Shown: positions 18,531 through 27,548 of the stretch, in pieces
How the letters are laid out: each line of letters starts with the position of its first letter
Numbering within the stretch: the stretch's first letter is position 1
Assembly: GCA_965234725.1 (NCBI GenBank)
Contig: CBDDUX010000003.1
Coordinates: forward strand, 32,001-96,000
Direction of reading: 5' to 3'
Source of the DNA: Thermoplasmatota archaeon
GTDB taxonomy: Archaea; Thermoplasmatota; Penumbrarchaeia; Penumbrarchaeales; Penumbrarchaeaceae
Length of the DNA stretch: 64,000 nt
Translations under genes and position numbers: made by a program
The notes under the pieces: generated by a model
The model's database searches: none
Told to the model about the DNA's origin: nothing
What the model saw: only the letters and a program-made list of their open reading frames with translations

Positions 18531-19829
18531 TCATGCACCACCTTCGATAGATTTTTCAGTGTCACGTGTTTGCGGGTCCCCGGGAACTGAACTAGTAAAA
18601 AGATTCTCTTCACTGTGCATGATTATCTTCTTCCTGTGTTTTCTGAAAAGTGATTCAAGGAATCTCCTTCCCGCTTTGTTCAGATCACCCTCAAGAGGGA
18701 AAGGTATGGCCCTGACAATGATCTTGCCAATGTTTGTATCTATTTGATCTTTAAGTGATCTTGGATATGCCAGAATGACCTCTTGACATCCTTTCTTTAC
18801 AGCAAGGGTAACTCCTCTATAGATGTCCCGCTGGATATCCTCCTTTTCATGGTTGTAGATCGTGCAAATGAGGTATTTTGGAACAGATGTATTGGCATCG
18901 TATATGACGATGTCCATTTCATCTTTGATCCCCATGTGAGGTTCGATATCGGTGGACTCCTTCACCCTTAGGGCCAGGTCACGGGAGAGATTTGATCTGA
19001 TCCATTCAGCAACGAAAGATCTGAAAAGGACTTTCATCGATATGGTGATCGGAATGTATGATCTCTGATCAGAATCATTTTCATTGTTGACCTGGTCAAG
19101 GAAGAACTGACAAAGTCTATGTATATACCTGTAATCCTCATTGAGTCTGTTGTATGTTATGGAAAGACAATCTATCGATGTGTGTTTCTTGACGGTAACT
19201 GTGTTCCTCATTACGTGATAGGCCTTCCTGACCTCGGTCCTGGTCGATTCATCCTTGATACCGAACTTGGATACCTTGAGAAGGGTCCAGGCAATTATCG
19301 TATTCTCATCAATGTCCGGAGTATGTTCCTGGTATTCACAGACAAAATTCGTGTCCCCTTTCATGTAATTGCGCATAGTGGCAACCTGGTCCAGTCTTCC
19401 TCTCAGAAAGTTCATGTCCTCTATCTTTGTGATATAATCCTGATAGAGGCCTTTCCTTATCCTGTCATGGACCCTCTTAGCAAGGTCCATGGCAAGCTGA
19501 TCGAAAAGATCTGTTAGGGAATCCATGCAGAAGATCCCTTCCAGATATTGAGTGGCCTTGATCTTGTATGTATATTCCAACATCTGGAATATATTGACCA
19601 ATGGTGCATTTGGAACCAGTTGGAGAGTTATCCTGCCTGGAAGGGATAGCTGACCTATCCCGTCCTTCACCCTAAGAACGTAATTGCGTCCATTCAGGAT
19701 CGAGGGAAATTCCACATCGATCTTATCCGAGAAGTAGCGGTTGAGCAGCACTGCAGTAGATTCATCCAACTGGTCCTCGGGGATGCTTTCCTCACTCATC
19801 TCTGGAATGGATACCAGTTTCATCTCCAT
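18531..19829 (-). CDS. mcrC: McrC family protein with degenerate PD-(D/E)xK nuclease site
   Basis: GLYQDY....LRGRL, EHTPDIDEN, YNRLNEDY..IH.LC, M..LF..FV McrC scaffold; catalytic segment reads MDIVI...ICTIYN...DIYRGVTL. Confidence 0.85.
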   Translation of the reverse strand: MEMKLVSIPEMSEESIPEDQLDESTAVLLNRYFSDKIDVEFPSILNGRNYVLRVKDGIGQLSLPGRITLQLVPNAPLVNIFQMLEYTYKIKATQYLEGIFCMDSLTDLFDQLAMDLAKRVHDRIRKGLYQDYITKIEDMNFLRGRLDQVATMRNYMKGDTNFVCEYQEHTPDIDENTIIAWTLLKVSKFGIKDESTRTEVRKAYHVMRNTVTVKKHTSIDCLSITYNRLNEDYRYIHRLCQFFLDQVNNENDSDQRSYIPITISMKVLFRSFVAEWIRSNLSRDLALRVKESTDIEPHMGIKDEMDIVIYDANTSVPKYLICTIYNHEKEDIQRDIYRGVTLAVKKGCQEVILAYPRSLKDQIDTNIGKIIVRAIPFPLEGDLNKAGRRFLESLFRKHRKKIIMHSEENLFTSSVPGDPQTRDTEKSIEGGA

Positions 19830-21307
19830 CAGGTCCACTCCTTTAGATGCCCTTCCTTCAAAGCTTCAAAATTATACATCCTTGATTTTTCAGGTGTATC
19901 ATAGAAATATTCCTCAAGATATGGTTCTATCTCTCCTTTCCAAATATCTGGTAGATCGGCCTTAAGCCTCCTTCCATCATGCATGAAGTAGGAGATACCT
20001 AGGAAATAGTTGGGATCGTTAATCTCCCCATTGATGTCCTTTAATACCTCTATAAGTGACCTGTAGGGAAGGTCGTAACTATCAAGGTAATCCTTTAGAA
20101 CGTCGTAGTCAGGATAGAGATTGAGGAAAGTGAATCTTCTTCTCAAAGCATAGTCCACAATTGCTATGGAACGGTCTGCCGTATTCATCGTCCCGATAAG
20201 GTATACGTTCTCAGGGATCCTGAACCTCTCCCCTGATGCCTCCAGTGTGATGTCCTTATCCCTGTATTCAAGGAGATGCATCAATTCACCAAAGACCCGG
20301 GAGATATTCGCCCTGTTGATCTCATCGATAAGCATGACATAAGGTTCCTCAGGGTCTTTGCTGGCCTCGTGGCAGAATGCCTTGAATGTACCATCCTGCA
20401 GCTCGTATGAAAGCATCTTGTTCCTGAGTACTGGTCTGAAACCCTGTACGAAGTCCTCATAGGTGTAAGATGGATGGAACTGGACAAGGCCGGTTTGGCC
20501 GTTGGTCCCTTCAATGAAATTCCATGCCAGCCTTTCAGCGATATAGGTCTTACCTGTTCCAGGTGGCCCCTGGAATATGATGTTCTTCTTCCTAGAGAGT
20601 TCGGATTTAAGCTGTTCTATCTTCTCAATTGAAAGTCCTGTGTCTTTGGAGAAATCTTCATTTGAATATACCCATAATTTCTTCCTCTTTCTCTTAGGGA
20701 AGGACCTTTTCTCGATAATACCAGCGAGGATAGCTAACGAGTTGACAAGGTCCATCACCATCTCTTTCTCTGAGGTATTGTCAAGATCGAGCACTTTCCT
20801 CAGCAATGTTCGTTTGGATCTGATCCCATCCTCACTTTCAATATTGGTAACCCTTGCAATAAAACCGCTTCTGAGGAGATCCTTGAATATGTCCTTTATG
20901 TCCACCAATCCTTTCTTGGGGCCCTTTTTAGTTGTTGTATAATCAAGATATGGGTCATCGGATCCGAAAGCATTGATCAGGTTGATCTCGACACATGATG
21001 GATCATTGGACACTGTAATGGTTAGGAATGGTATTCCATCCATCCCAATATCATCTTTTTTAAGGTGAGCCAAAATGATCTCCCTACCATTACTTCCGAT
21101 CTTTGGTATCAGGATACTTATTGCACCATTCCGTGTGACTGGAAGGTCATTGATCTGAGTCAACAGGTTGTCCATTTCTTTGGATGTTTTCTTTCCCATC
21201 GACCTCTTATCAAGAATTCTCTTCAATGTTGGGATAAGTGATGTTCTCCCATCCTCGATCATTAACGGATCATCGTCCATATCCATGGAAATCCCCATCT
21301 CCTTCAA
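19829..21307 (-). CDS. mcrB: McrB family AAA+ GTPase (copy 1) with divergent N-terminal domain
   Basis: GPPGTGKT, QFHPSYTYEDF, IDEINR, MNTADRS, ALRRRF, W..EIEPYLEEYF. Confidence 0.9.
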   Translation of the reverse strand: MKEMGISMDMDDDPLMIEDGRTSLIPTLKRILDKRSMGKKTSKEMDNLLTQINDLPVTRNGAISILIPKIGSNGREIILAHLKKDDIGMDGIPFLTITVSNDPSCVEINLINAFGSDDPYLDYTTTKKGPKKGLVDIKDIFKDLLRSGFIARVTNIESEDGIRSKRTLLRKVLDLDNTSEKEMVMDLVNSLAILAGIIEKRSFPKRKRKKLWVYSNEDFSKDTGLSIEKIEQLKSELSRKKNIIFQGPPGTGKTYIAERLAWNFIEGTNGQTGLVQFHPSYTYEDFVQGFRPVLRNKMLSYELQDGTFKAFCHEASKDPEEPYVMLIDEINRANISRVFGELMHLLEYRDKDITLEASGERFRIPENVYLIGTMNTADRSIAIVDYALRRRFTFLNLYPDYDVLKDYLDSYDLPYRSLIEVLKDINGEINDPNYFLGISYFMHDGRRLKADLPDIWKGEIEPYLEEYFYDTPEKSRMYNFEALKEGHLKEWT

Positions 21308-21493
21308 CTATATATACGGAGGTCTTACTCCCTCTGCCCATTATAAAAGTTATGGTTCCAGATTCCAATATGATCTGATTTAATCTGAAGAAATTCATAG
21401 AAAAGTAAATGATTCTCTATTAGAGGTGATCAATTACCGATATTGACATTTCAACGAATATTATTAAAAACTAGGAAAATGATATGATGAACT

Positions 21494-21574
21494 GGGGCAG
21501 GAGGTGTCCCTTAACAGGGGCATTAAGTTTTTACTCATCTATTCTCCTCTCTTCCCAAGATGACCTCCTGCTCC
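21494..21574. other. Structured intergenic element (three-stem inverted-repeat arrangement), candidate ncRNA or leader
   Basis: GGGGCAGGAGGT (21494-21505) pairs with ACCTCCTGCTCC (21563-21574); inner hairpins TGTCCCT/AGGGGCA and TCATCT/AGATGA. Confidence 0.4.
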
Positions 21575-21604
21575 TCTCCGTTTTTCTTAGATGGTTATTG
21601 AGCT

Positions 21605-21821
21605 CTATCGAAGGATCATTTTTTCTACATTACCTCTATATTCGAGGATAATAGGATCAAGATAATGGAACCTGATAATGTCTTCTTTTTATAGGACCGA
21701 ACTGATCAATCATAACCTCATTACCTTCAACAATTCTACCCTTGGGATAGGAAATAGCTATTGCTTCTGTAGCTATTTGGAACGCTGATATTAGTCTTAT
21801 CACCTATCTTTCAGCTTTCTT
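21605..21821 (-). pseudogene. Decayed 3' extension (sixth PAS domain) of the HTH-PAS gene
   Basis: Past the stop the frame reads *KKAER*VIRLISAFQIATEAIAISYPKGRIVEGNEVMIDQFG, then after a frameshift KEDIIRFHYLDPIILEYRGNVEKMI. Confidence 0.65.
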
Positions 21822-23915
21822 TCAATCTGTGATATTCCTCATCACACCAATTAACCCAATAGGTTCTCCTTCTTCGTTCCTCAATAAATTAACATTGATC
21901 TCGGTCCAGATAAAATCTCCGTCCTTGTGCTCAAGTTCTAGTTCAAGACCATATGAATCCATTTCCGCCGATTTCCATTTATCCAAGGGTCCCCATTCTT
22001 TTGAGAATCTTCTTATTATTTCATCAAGAGCTGAGGGTTTCACAAGGTCAAAAAGTGATGTTCCAAGGAGTTCGTCCGCTGTGTAACCCAGGTGATCCTT
22101 GGCAGATGAGCTTATATATGTATATTTCAGGTTGAGGTCAGTCATCCAGATCATATCGGTCAGATTCGAATCCAGAAGTTTGTAGCGCTGCTTCACATCT
22201 ATCAATTTCTCGATCATCTCATTCTTTTCTTGTGTGTCCCTACCGAACTGGACAATATATTCTATATTATCTTTTCCTGTTTTAAAAGGAGAGAAGGACC
22301 ACTCCTGCCAGAACTTTCCATTGGGGAGGAGGATCTTATGCTCGACCCTGAATGGTGTTCCATCCTGGAATATCCTCTTCAGGTCATTTTGAAGGATTTC
22401 CATAGATCCATCTGGAATGAAATCAAGGATGGACCTTCCTATTAAGTTCATACCTTTCATCCCGTATTTCACATCAAGTTCTTTAGTACCCCAAAAATCC
22501 TCGAATACAAAGCTTCGATTGATAAGTCCGATAAATGAACCATGTAGGGAGGAAAGGATGTTCTTCAACTTTGCTTCCTTGTTCTGGAGCTCTTTTTGAG
22601 CTTTTACAATATCTGTGATGTCCCTCAACCTTGCTTGAAGAAGTGACTCTTCCCCAATCTTGATGGATTGAAGTTGTACCTCTGCAAGAAAGGTATCTCT
22701 ATCTTTCCTTTGATGTATCCACTTGAAGGTTATCAACCCTTTCTCAAGGACCTCACTTATCTTCTTCCCTATCTCTGATTCTGTAGGAGCTCCATTCAAC
22801 TGCAATGGAGGTGAGAGGTTTTGGGGTTCCAGACCGATCATATCTTCCTTTCTGGAATACCCGAACATTTTAAGGGTTGAATCGTTGCAATCAATGACCC
22901 CTGTGCCCTTGAGGATCAAGATGGCATCCGATGTGAATTCGTAAAGAAGACGATACCTCTCCTCGCTCTCTGACATCCTCCTCTCGTTTTCCTTCATCTG
23001 GGTAATATCTCTGAATACTCCGAAGGAACCGATGAAATTCCTCGAACTATCAAATCTTGGAGTAGCAGTGAGGAGAATGGTCTTCCGTTTGCCGTCTTCA
23101 GCAAGGATCTCGATCTGATAAGTATCCTTCTTCCCCTTTTTTCTTCTCTCGTTGTGGTTCAGGACCCTCTTTGAATGATCCCCTACCAGGAAATCCATGA
23201 CAGACCTTCCGACAAGTCGCCCCGGACCAACTCCCATGAGTTTCTCCGCTGCGGGATTTGCAAAGATGAAAACATCCTGCGAATCCGTTATACCAACACC
23301 TTCTCCCTGGTTCTCAATTAGTTCCCTGTACCTATCCGTACTATCCTTCAATCTCATTTCAACCAATTTCTGATCTGTGATATTCTCCATTATCAGGGTA
23401 ACTCCATTGCCGCCATCTCCAAGTGTGGAGGGTATGAGCTTGCCCTTGAAATAGCGGACATCCTCTTCCATAATGATCTCCATATCGAAATTGGAACTCT
23501 TTCCATTAATGGCATTCCTGATCTTTTTTTGGCTTTCTCTAGATGTGAAGATCGGAAGGTTAGATTGAAGGAGTGGAACATCCAGGAGCATCTCCTTTTT
23601 TACATGGAAGAACTTCTGGAAATTCTCGTTCACTTCTACTATCCTCATGGAACCGTCAAGTACAAGGATATAATCCGCAGAGAAATCTAAAAGAGCTGAT
23701 ATTGGAACCCTTTGAGATATATAGAACACCTTTGCCCTTCCAAGGGGCCTCATATCGATAAGACCGTTAACCCTTAGTATATCGAGATATTTTGCTGTGG
23801 AGTTCCTGTTCAACCTTATATCTCTTGATACCTCTGTTACTGTCGACCCCTTTAAGTTTGCCCTCAAGAACGATAGGATCCTACTCTTGATCATATCCGC
23901 CTCCGATGTATTCAT
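21822..23915 (-). CDS. Winged-HTH + five PAS/PAC domain one-component sensor
   Basis: N-terminal HTH (TVTEVSRDIRLNRNSTAKYLDIL..G); five PAS-PAC repeats ending ENITD/RDITQ/RDITD/RDTQE/RNITD; no kinase domain; start ATG 23915 or 23894. Confidence 0.85.
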   Translation of the reverse strand: MNTSEADMIKSRILSFLRANLKGSTVTEVSRDIRLNRNSTAKYLDILRVNGLIDMRPLGRAKVFYISQRVPISALLDFSADYILVLDGSMRIVEVNENFQKFFHVKKEMLLDVPLLQSNLPIFTSRESQKKIRNAINGKSSNFDMEIIMEEDVRYFKGKLIPSTLGDGGNGVTLIMENITDQKLVEMRLKDSTDRYRELIENQGEGVGITDSQDVFIFANPAAEKLMGVGPGRLVGRSVMDFLVGDHSKRVLNHNERRKKGKKDTYQIEILAEDGKRKTILLTATPRFDSSRNFIGSFGVFRDITQMKENERRMSESEERYRLLYEFTSDAILILKGTGVIDCNDSTLKMFGYSRKEDMIGLEPQNLSPPLQLNGAPTESEIGKKISEVLEKGLITFKWIHQRKDRDTFLAEVQLQSIKIGEESLLQARLRDITDIVKAQKELQNKEAKLKNILSSLHGSFIGLINRSFVFEDFWGTKELDVKYGMKGMNLIGRSILDFIPDGSMEILQNDLKRIFQDGTPFRVEHKILLPNGKFWQEWSFSPFKTGKDNIEYIVQFGRDTQEKNEMIEKLIDVKQRYKLLDSNLTDMIWMTDLNLKYTYISSSAKDHLGYTADELLGTSLFDLVKPSALDEIIRRFSKEWGPLDKWKSAEMDSYGLELELEHKDGDFIWTEINVNLLRNEEGEPIGLIGVMRNITD

Positions 23916-24148
23916 GACAGCACTTCCATGCAATGCACTAATGCAAAGCAAATATATAAATATTATAAATAATCACGAATATGTCAGTATTGTTGTTTTT
24001 ATATACTATATACGTGGTATATGCGTGAGGAGTGGGGCTAGGGAGGGGGATTGGATGTAATGAGATCTATGTATCTTTTTATATCCTTCTACCTTATGAT
24101 ACCTCCAGGTTTTATATCATTATTGGGCTTATGGTCCTGTGATCGATA

Positions 24149-25159
24149 ATGAAAGCGGTAATTCTGGCAGGTGGTTCGGGAGAGAGATTCTGGCCTTTAT
24201 CAACACCTGAAACACCAAAACAATTCCTTAAACTCCTTGATGACCGATCACTCATAAGGACCACTTATGATAGACTCTTAAGTAGGTTCGATCCTGATGA
24301 TATTATGGTGATCACCTCGGTTGAACACCTTGAGATGACGAAAAAGGAACTACCTGAGGTCCGATCTCAAAATATTATCGGTGAACCCAGAAGGATGAAT
24401 ACCGCACCAGCATGCGCCCTTGCGTCCCTCCTATGCAAGGAGGATGAGTTTGTCCTAACAGTACCTGCGGACCATTTGATCAGAAATGAGGATGCTTTCT
24501 GGACCTCTTTTGATCTAGCTATAAATGCCCTCCAAAAGCTTGGAGGTCTCTTCACTTTCGGAATAGAACCCAAACGAGCAGAAACAGGTTATGGCTATAT
24601 CGAGATCGGTAAGCAATTGATGGAGGGAGTATTTGATGTTGTCAGGTTTACAGAAAAACCGGACCAGGTAACAGCAGAAGGATTCCTTTCGAAAGGAGGA
24701 TATCTTTGGAACTCTGGTATGTTCCTCTGGAAAGCAGGAGAGTTCATCAGGGAAATGAGGGAATTTTCACCAGGGGTCATGGATCATCTGGATGGTATCG
24801 ACATCACAGACAGCACCTCCCTTCAGAAAGCTTATGGAAAAATGGATAGGATAAGCGTCGACAATGCGGTAATGGAAAGATCATCCAAGGTAAGGGTCGC
24901 CCCTACAGACCCAGGTTGGTCTGATGTAGGTTCCTGGGCATCGATCAGGGAGATCGTTGGAAATACCCGGGAAAGCCCAAATAGGTCCCTTCAGGCTTCA
25001 AATAATATACTCATCAAGGCTCCGATTTCAAGGAAGATAGCTGTTATTGGTCTGAATAACGTAATTGTTGTGGACACAGAGGAAGGTCTTCTCATTCTTA
25101 ATGCAGATCTTGCCCAGGATGTCAGAAAGTCCGCAAGATCTTTTTTAAAGGGATCCTGA
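24149..25159 (+). CDS. manC: Mannose-1-phosphate guanylyltransferase
   Basis: ILAGGSGERFWPLS...PKQFL, EP..MNTAPA, PADH, TGYGYI, WNSGMF, WSDVGSW. Confidence 0.92.
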   Translation: MKAVILAGGSGERFWPLSTPETPKQFLKLLDDRSLIRTTYDRLLSRFDPDDIMVITSVEHLEMTKKELPEVRSQNIIGEPRRMNTAPACALASLLCKEDEFVLTVPADHLIRNEDAFWTSFDLAINALQKLGGLFTFGIEPKRAETGYGYIEIGKQLMEGVFDVVRFTEKPDQVTAEGFLSKGGYLWNSGMFLWKAGEFIREMREFSPGVMDHLDGIDITDSTSLQKAYGKMDRISVDNAVMERSSKVRVAPTDPGWSDVGSWASIREIVGNTRESPNRSLQASNNILIKAPISRKIAVIGLNNVIVVDTEEGLLILNADLAQDVRKSARSFLKGS

Positions 25160-25210
25160 TTGCCGAAAAGGAATTGAACCATTCCCATATATACCGTATT
25201 GGTGTATAGA

Positions 25211-26125
25211 ATGAAGGGAACAATCAAGGATCTGATCGAACTTGGTAGATTTCCCTTCCTTTTTGGTGGTCTTCTTCTCTACATCCTGGGTGTATTGGTA
25301 TCCGGTAGGATGGGTTATGATATCGACCCCATACGAGCCGTTTTTGGATATCTGGTATTCATGCCAGCCCACCTTTCGGTATCATATTCCAATGACCTTT
25401 TCGACGTATATGCGGATAGTTTCAATGACGGGACCTTATTTTCGGGGGGAAGTGGGGTTCTTAAAAGGAGACCGGAGTTGATGAGAGTCGCATTGTACAT
25501 ATCCATAATCTTGATCCTGATATCAGTATTCCTTTCTATCATATTCACTCTGATCTATTCACTCTCTCCGCTATTTGTTGGACTTGTGATACTTGGGTCT
25601 TTACTGGGTTGGTTCTACACTGCTCCTCCTTTGAAGTTGTCCTACAGAGGTCTGGGAGAGATATCAACTGCTGCTACTGTGGGTGTCCTTGTTCCAATGT
25701 ATGGGTTCATCGTATCAACAGGTACCCTTGATATCTCGTTACTCTATCTCCTCTTTCCAATGTCCCTTTCAGGGTTGGTATTCATAATAAATGTTCAGAC
25801 CCCTGACCTTGAAGCTGATATCAAAGGAGGAAAGAACACCTGGGTCATGCATCTCGGGAGAAAGGGTTCATTGACGATCCTTTTCTTTCTTGTTCTCTTC
25901 CAAACCCTCTATTATGGAGTAGCAGCCCTACTCTCACCTGATCTGAATGGTCTTTCAATAGTACCTTTCCTAATGTTCTCTCTGATCCCATTGACGTTGA
26001 CCCTCCCATGCATCATTTTGAGGTCCGCAAAAAGGAAAACTGTGTCGAAAATTGTAACTGCAAATATGCTGTCCCTTTTCATGTTTAACGGTGGTCTGGA
26101 TATATATTTCCTCATAACTTCCTAG
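25211..26125 (+). CDS. UbiA superfamily prenyltransferase (MenA-like)
   Basis: NDLFD...D, YTAPPLKLSYRGLGE, PDLEAD..GGKNT; multi-TM. Confidence 0.85.
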   Translation: MKGTIKDLIELGRFPFLFGGLLLYILGVLVSGRMGYDIDPIRAVFGYLVFMPAHLSVSYSNDLFDVYADSFNDGTLFSGGSGVLKRRPELMRVALYISIILILISVFLSIIFTLIYSLSPLFVGLVILGSLLGWFYTAPPLKLSYRGLGEISTAATVGVLVPMYGFIVSTGTLDISLLYLLFPMSLSGLVFIINVQTPDLEADIKGGKNTWVMHLGRKGSLTILFFLVLFQTLYYGVAALLSPDLNGLSIVPFLMFSLIPLTLTLPCIILRSAKRKTVSKIVTANMLSLFMFNGGLDIYFLITS

Positions 26126-26852
26126 AAACCCTGTTGCTCAAGGTCTCTATGATCCTCTTTGATTCCATAGTTTGAACATTGACCTGATCCAGACAGATCC
26201 TGTCACCATCAATGTTGATCATATTGAAGGATGGGAAGGATCTCCCCTTCAATCTTCTGGTGCATGCAGTTCCAGCTGTTACAAAATGGGTATCCTCAAG
26301 TTTCCAGGTCCATGGTAGATGCTTGTGACCTGAAAGGACCAGATCGAGCTTTATATCCACACAAAGAGCAAGAACATCCCCTGCATCTGTCAGAATATTC
26401 CATTCCCTACCTGTTCTGGGGACCGGGATAACATGATGATGTAATGCAAGTATGGTAACCTTGTCTACCAAGAGTTTTTCCCTGATTGTCAAGTAGTTAT
26501 GCCTTCCGATCGTTCCGTCATGTATGTCAGGTTCGCTGGAATCCATTCCAACAATGGCGACTTCTTCATTGGAAAACGATGGTTTTCTTGTTCCGAATAT
26601 CTCCTCAAAGATCTCATAACCCTGGTTCATGGCATCATGGTTACCAGGAACGACCATCTTCTTAGGTTCCAATCTATCTATGACCTTCATGGCCTCCTCG
26701 AATTCATGAGGGTGGCCATCCATGGTGATATCTCCGGTCACAATTACCAGGTCAACCCCTCCTTCGTTGATCGATCCTATCATTCTATCAGCCCACTCAG
26801 AAACGAAGTAATGGCTGGAAATGTGTAGATCGGAAATATGTGCTATCCTCAT
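26112..26852 (-). CDS. Calcineurin-like metallophosphoesterase (Icc/CpdA-like)
   Basis: HISDLH, TGD, PGNHD, LHHH, SGHKH; start at ATG 26852. Confidence 0.9.
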   Translation of the reverse strand: MRIAHISDLHISSHYFVSEWADRMIGSINEGGVDLVIVTGDITMDGHPHEFEEAMKVIDRLEPKKMVVPGNHDAMNQGYEIFEEIFGTRKPSFSNEEVAIVGMDSSEPDIHDGTIGRHNYLTIREKLLVDKVTILALHHHVIPVPRTGREWNILTDAGDVLALCVDIKLDLVLSGHKHLPWTWKLEDTHFVTAGTACTRRLKGRSFPSFNMINIDGDRICLDQVNVQTMESKRIIETLSNRVSRKL

Positions 26853-26937
26853 GGGAACCTTTAATGACCAGCAAATAATTAACCTAGCCGGAGGTCCCAG
26901 GGTCAAAAGGGTTCAGCGGACCTCTTCGGGGAATGGG

Positions 26938-27495
26938 ATGCTCATCCTCTATATCATCATAATTTCGGTCTCTCTTGCAGTGGATGCTTTCGCGGCTTCT
27001 CTGTCTTGTGGATTGACAAGGACCAATTCCCGTTTCCTTCTCAGCATCAAGGTTTCAACCTTCTTCGGTCTGTTCCAATTCACCTTGTTCCTCATGGGAT
27101 GGATGGTTGGATCGACCTCCAAGGACCTTCTATCTTCACTTACCGTATGGTTAGCTTTTCTACTGCTATTGATAATCGGGGCCAGGATGATATTTGACTC
27201 GGTTAAAAGCTGGAATCAGAACAAGGAATGCCTTCCCTTATCGAATAGGGCCCTCCTGCTACTTTCACTTGCAACCTCTATCGATGCACTTGTGGTTGGT
27301 CTAACCTTTGGATTCCTGGGTATCTCGATAATTGTCCCTGCACTTATTGTAGGTTCGGTAACCTTCCTATTCTCATTGATAGGTGTCCTTATCGGACATG
27401 GATTGCGAGGTCACCTGGACAAATGGGCCGAGATCGGTGCTGGATTGGTTCTTATCGGTCTGGGGATCAGAATGCTTATCGGTGAACTTTTCTGA
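26938..27495 (+). CDS. mntP: Manganese efflux pump MntP family
   Basis: SLAVDAFAAS, FGLFQ, LATSIDAL.VG, AEI..GLVLIGLG; start at ATG 26938. Confidence 0.88.
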   Translation: MLILYIIIISVSLAVDAFAASLSCGLTRTNSRFLLSIKVSTFFGLFQFTLFLMGWMVGSTSKDLLSSLTVWLAFLLLLIIGARMIFDSVKSWNQNKECLPLSNRALLLLSLATSIDALVVGLTFGFLGISIIVPALIVGSVTFLFSLIGVLIGHGLRGHLDKWAEIGAGLVLIGLGIRMLIGELF

Positions 27496-27548
27496 ATGTG
27501 TAATATTTTTTTTCTTTCCAAAAAAGTGGTAAGTCTTAAAGTCGGATC

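Noticed and set aside
18530-18613. 83-nt overlap of mcrB copy 2 with mcrC
   Set aside because: ATG 18529 right after the mcrC stop, with a GGTGGTG SD, is the more plausible start
21494-21574. tRNA gene
   Set aside because: No T-loop GTTCRA, D-loop or anticodon arm geometry
21804-21824. Selenocysteine/pyrrolysine readthrough of TGA and TAG after the PAS gene
   Set aside because: The positions correspond to non-catalytic linker residues and a frameshift follows; decay is the simpler explanation
26898-26917. Resemblance of CAGGGTCAAAAGGGTTCAGC to SRP RNA helix 8
   Set aside because: No GNRA loop, poor stem pairing, and no room for a ~300-nt SRP RNA in an 85-bp intergenic gap
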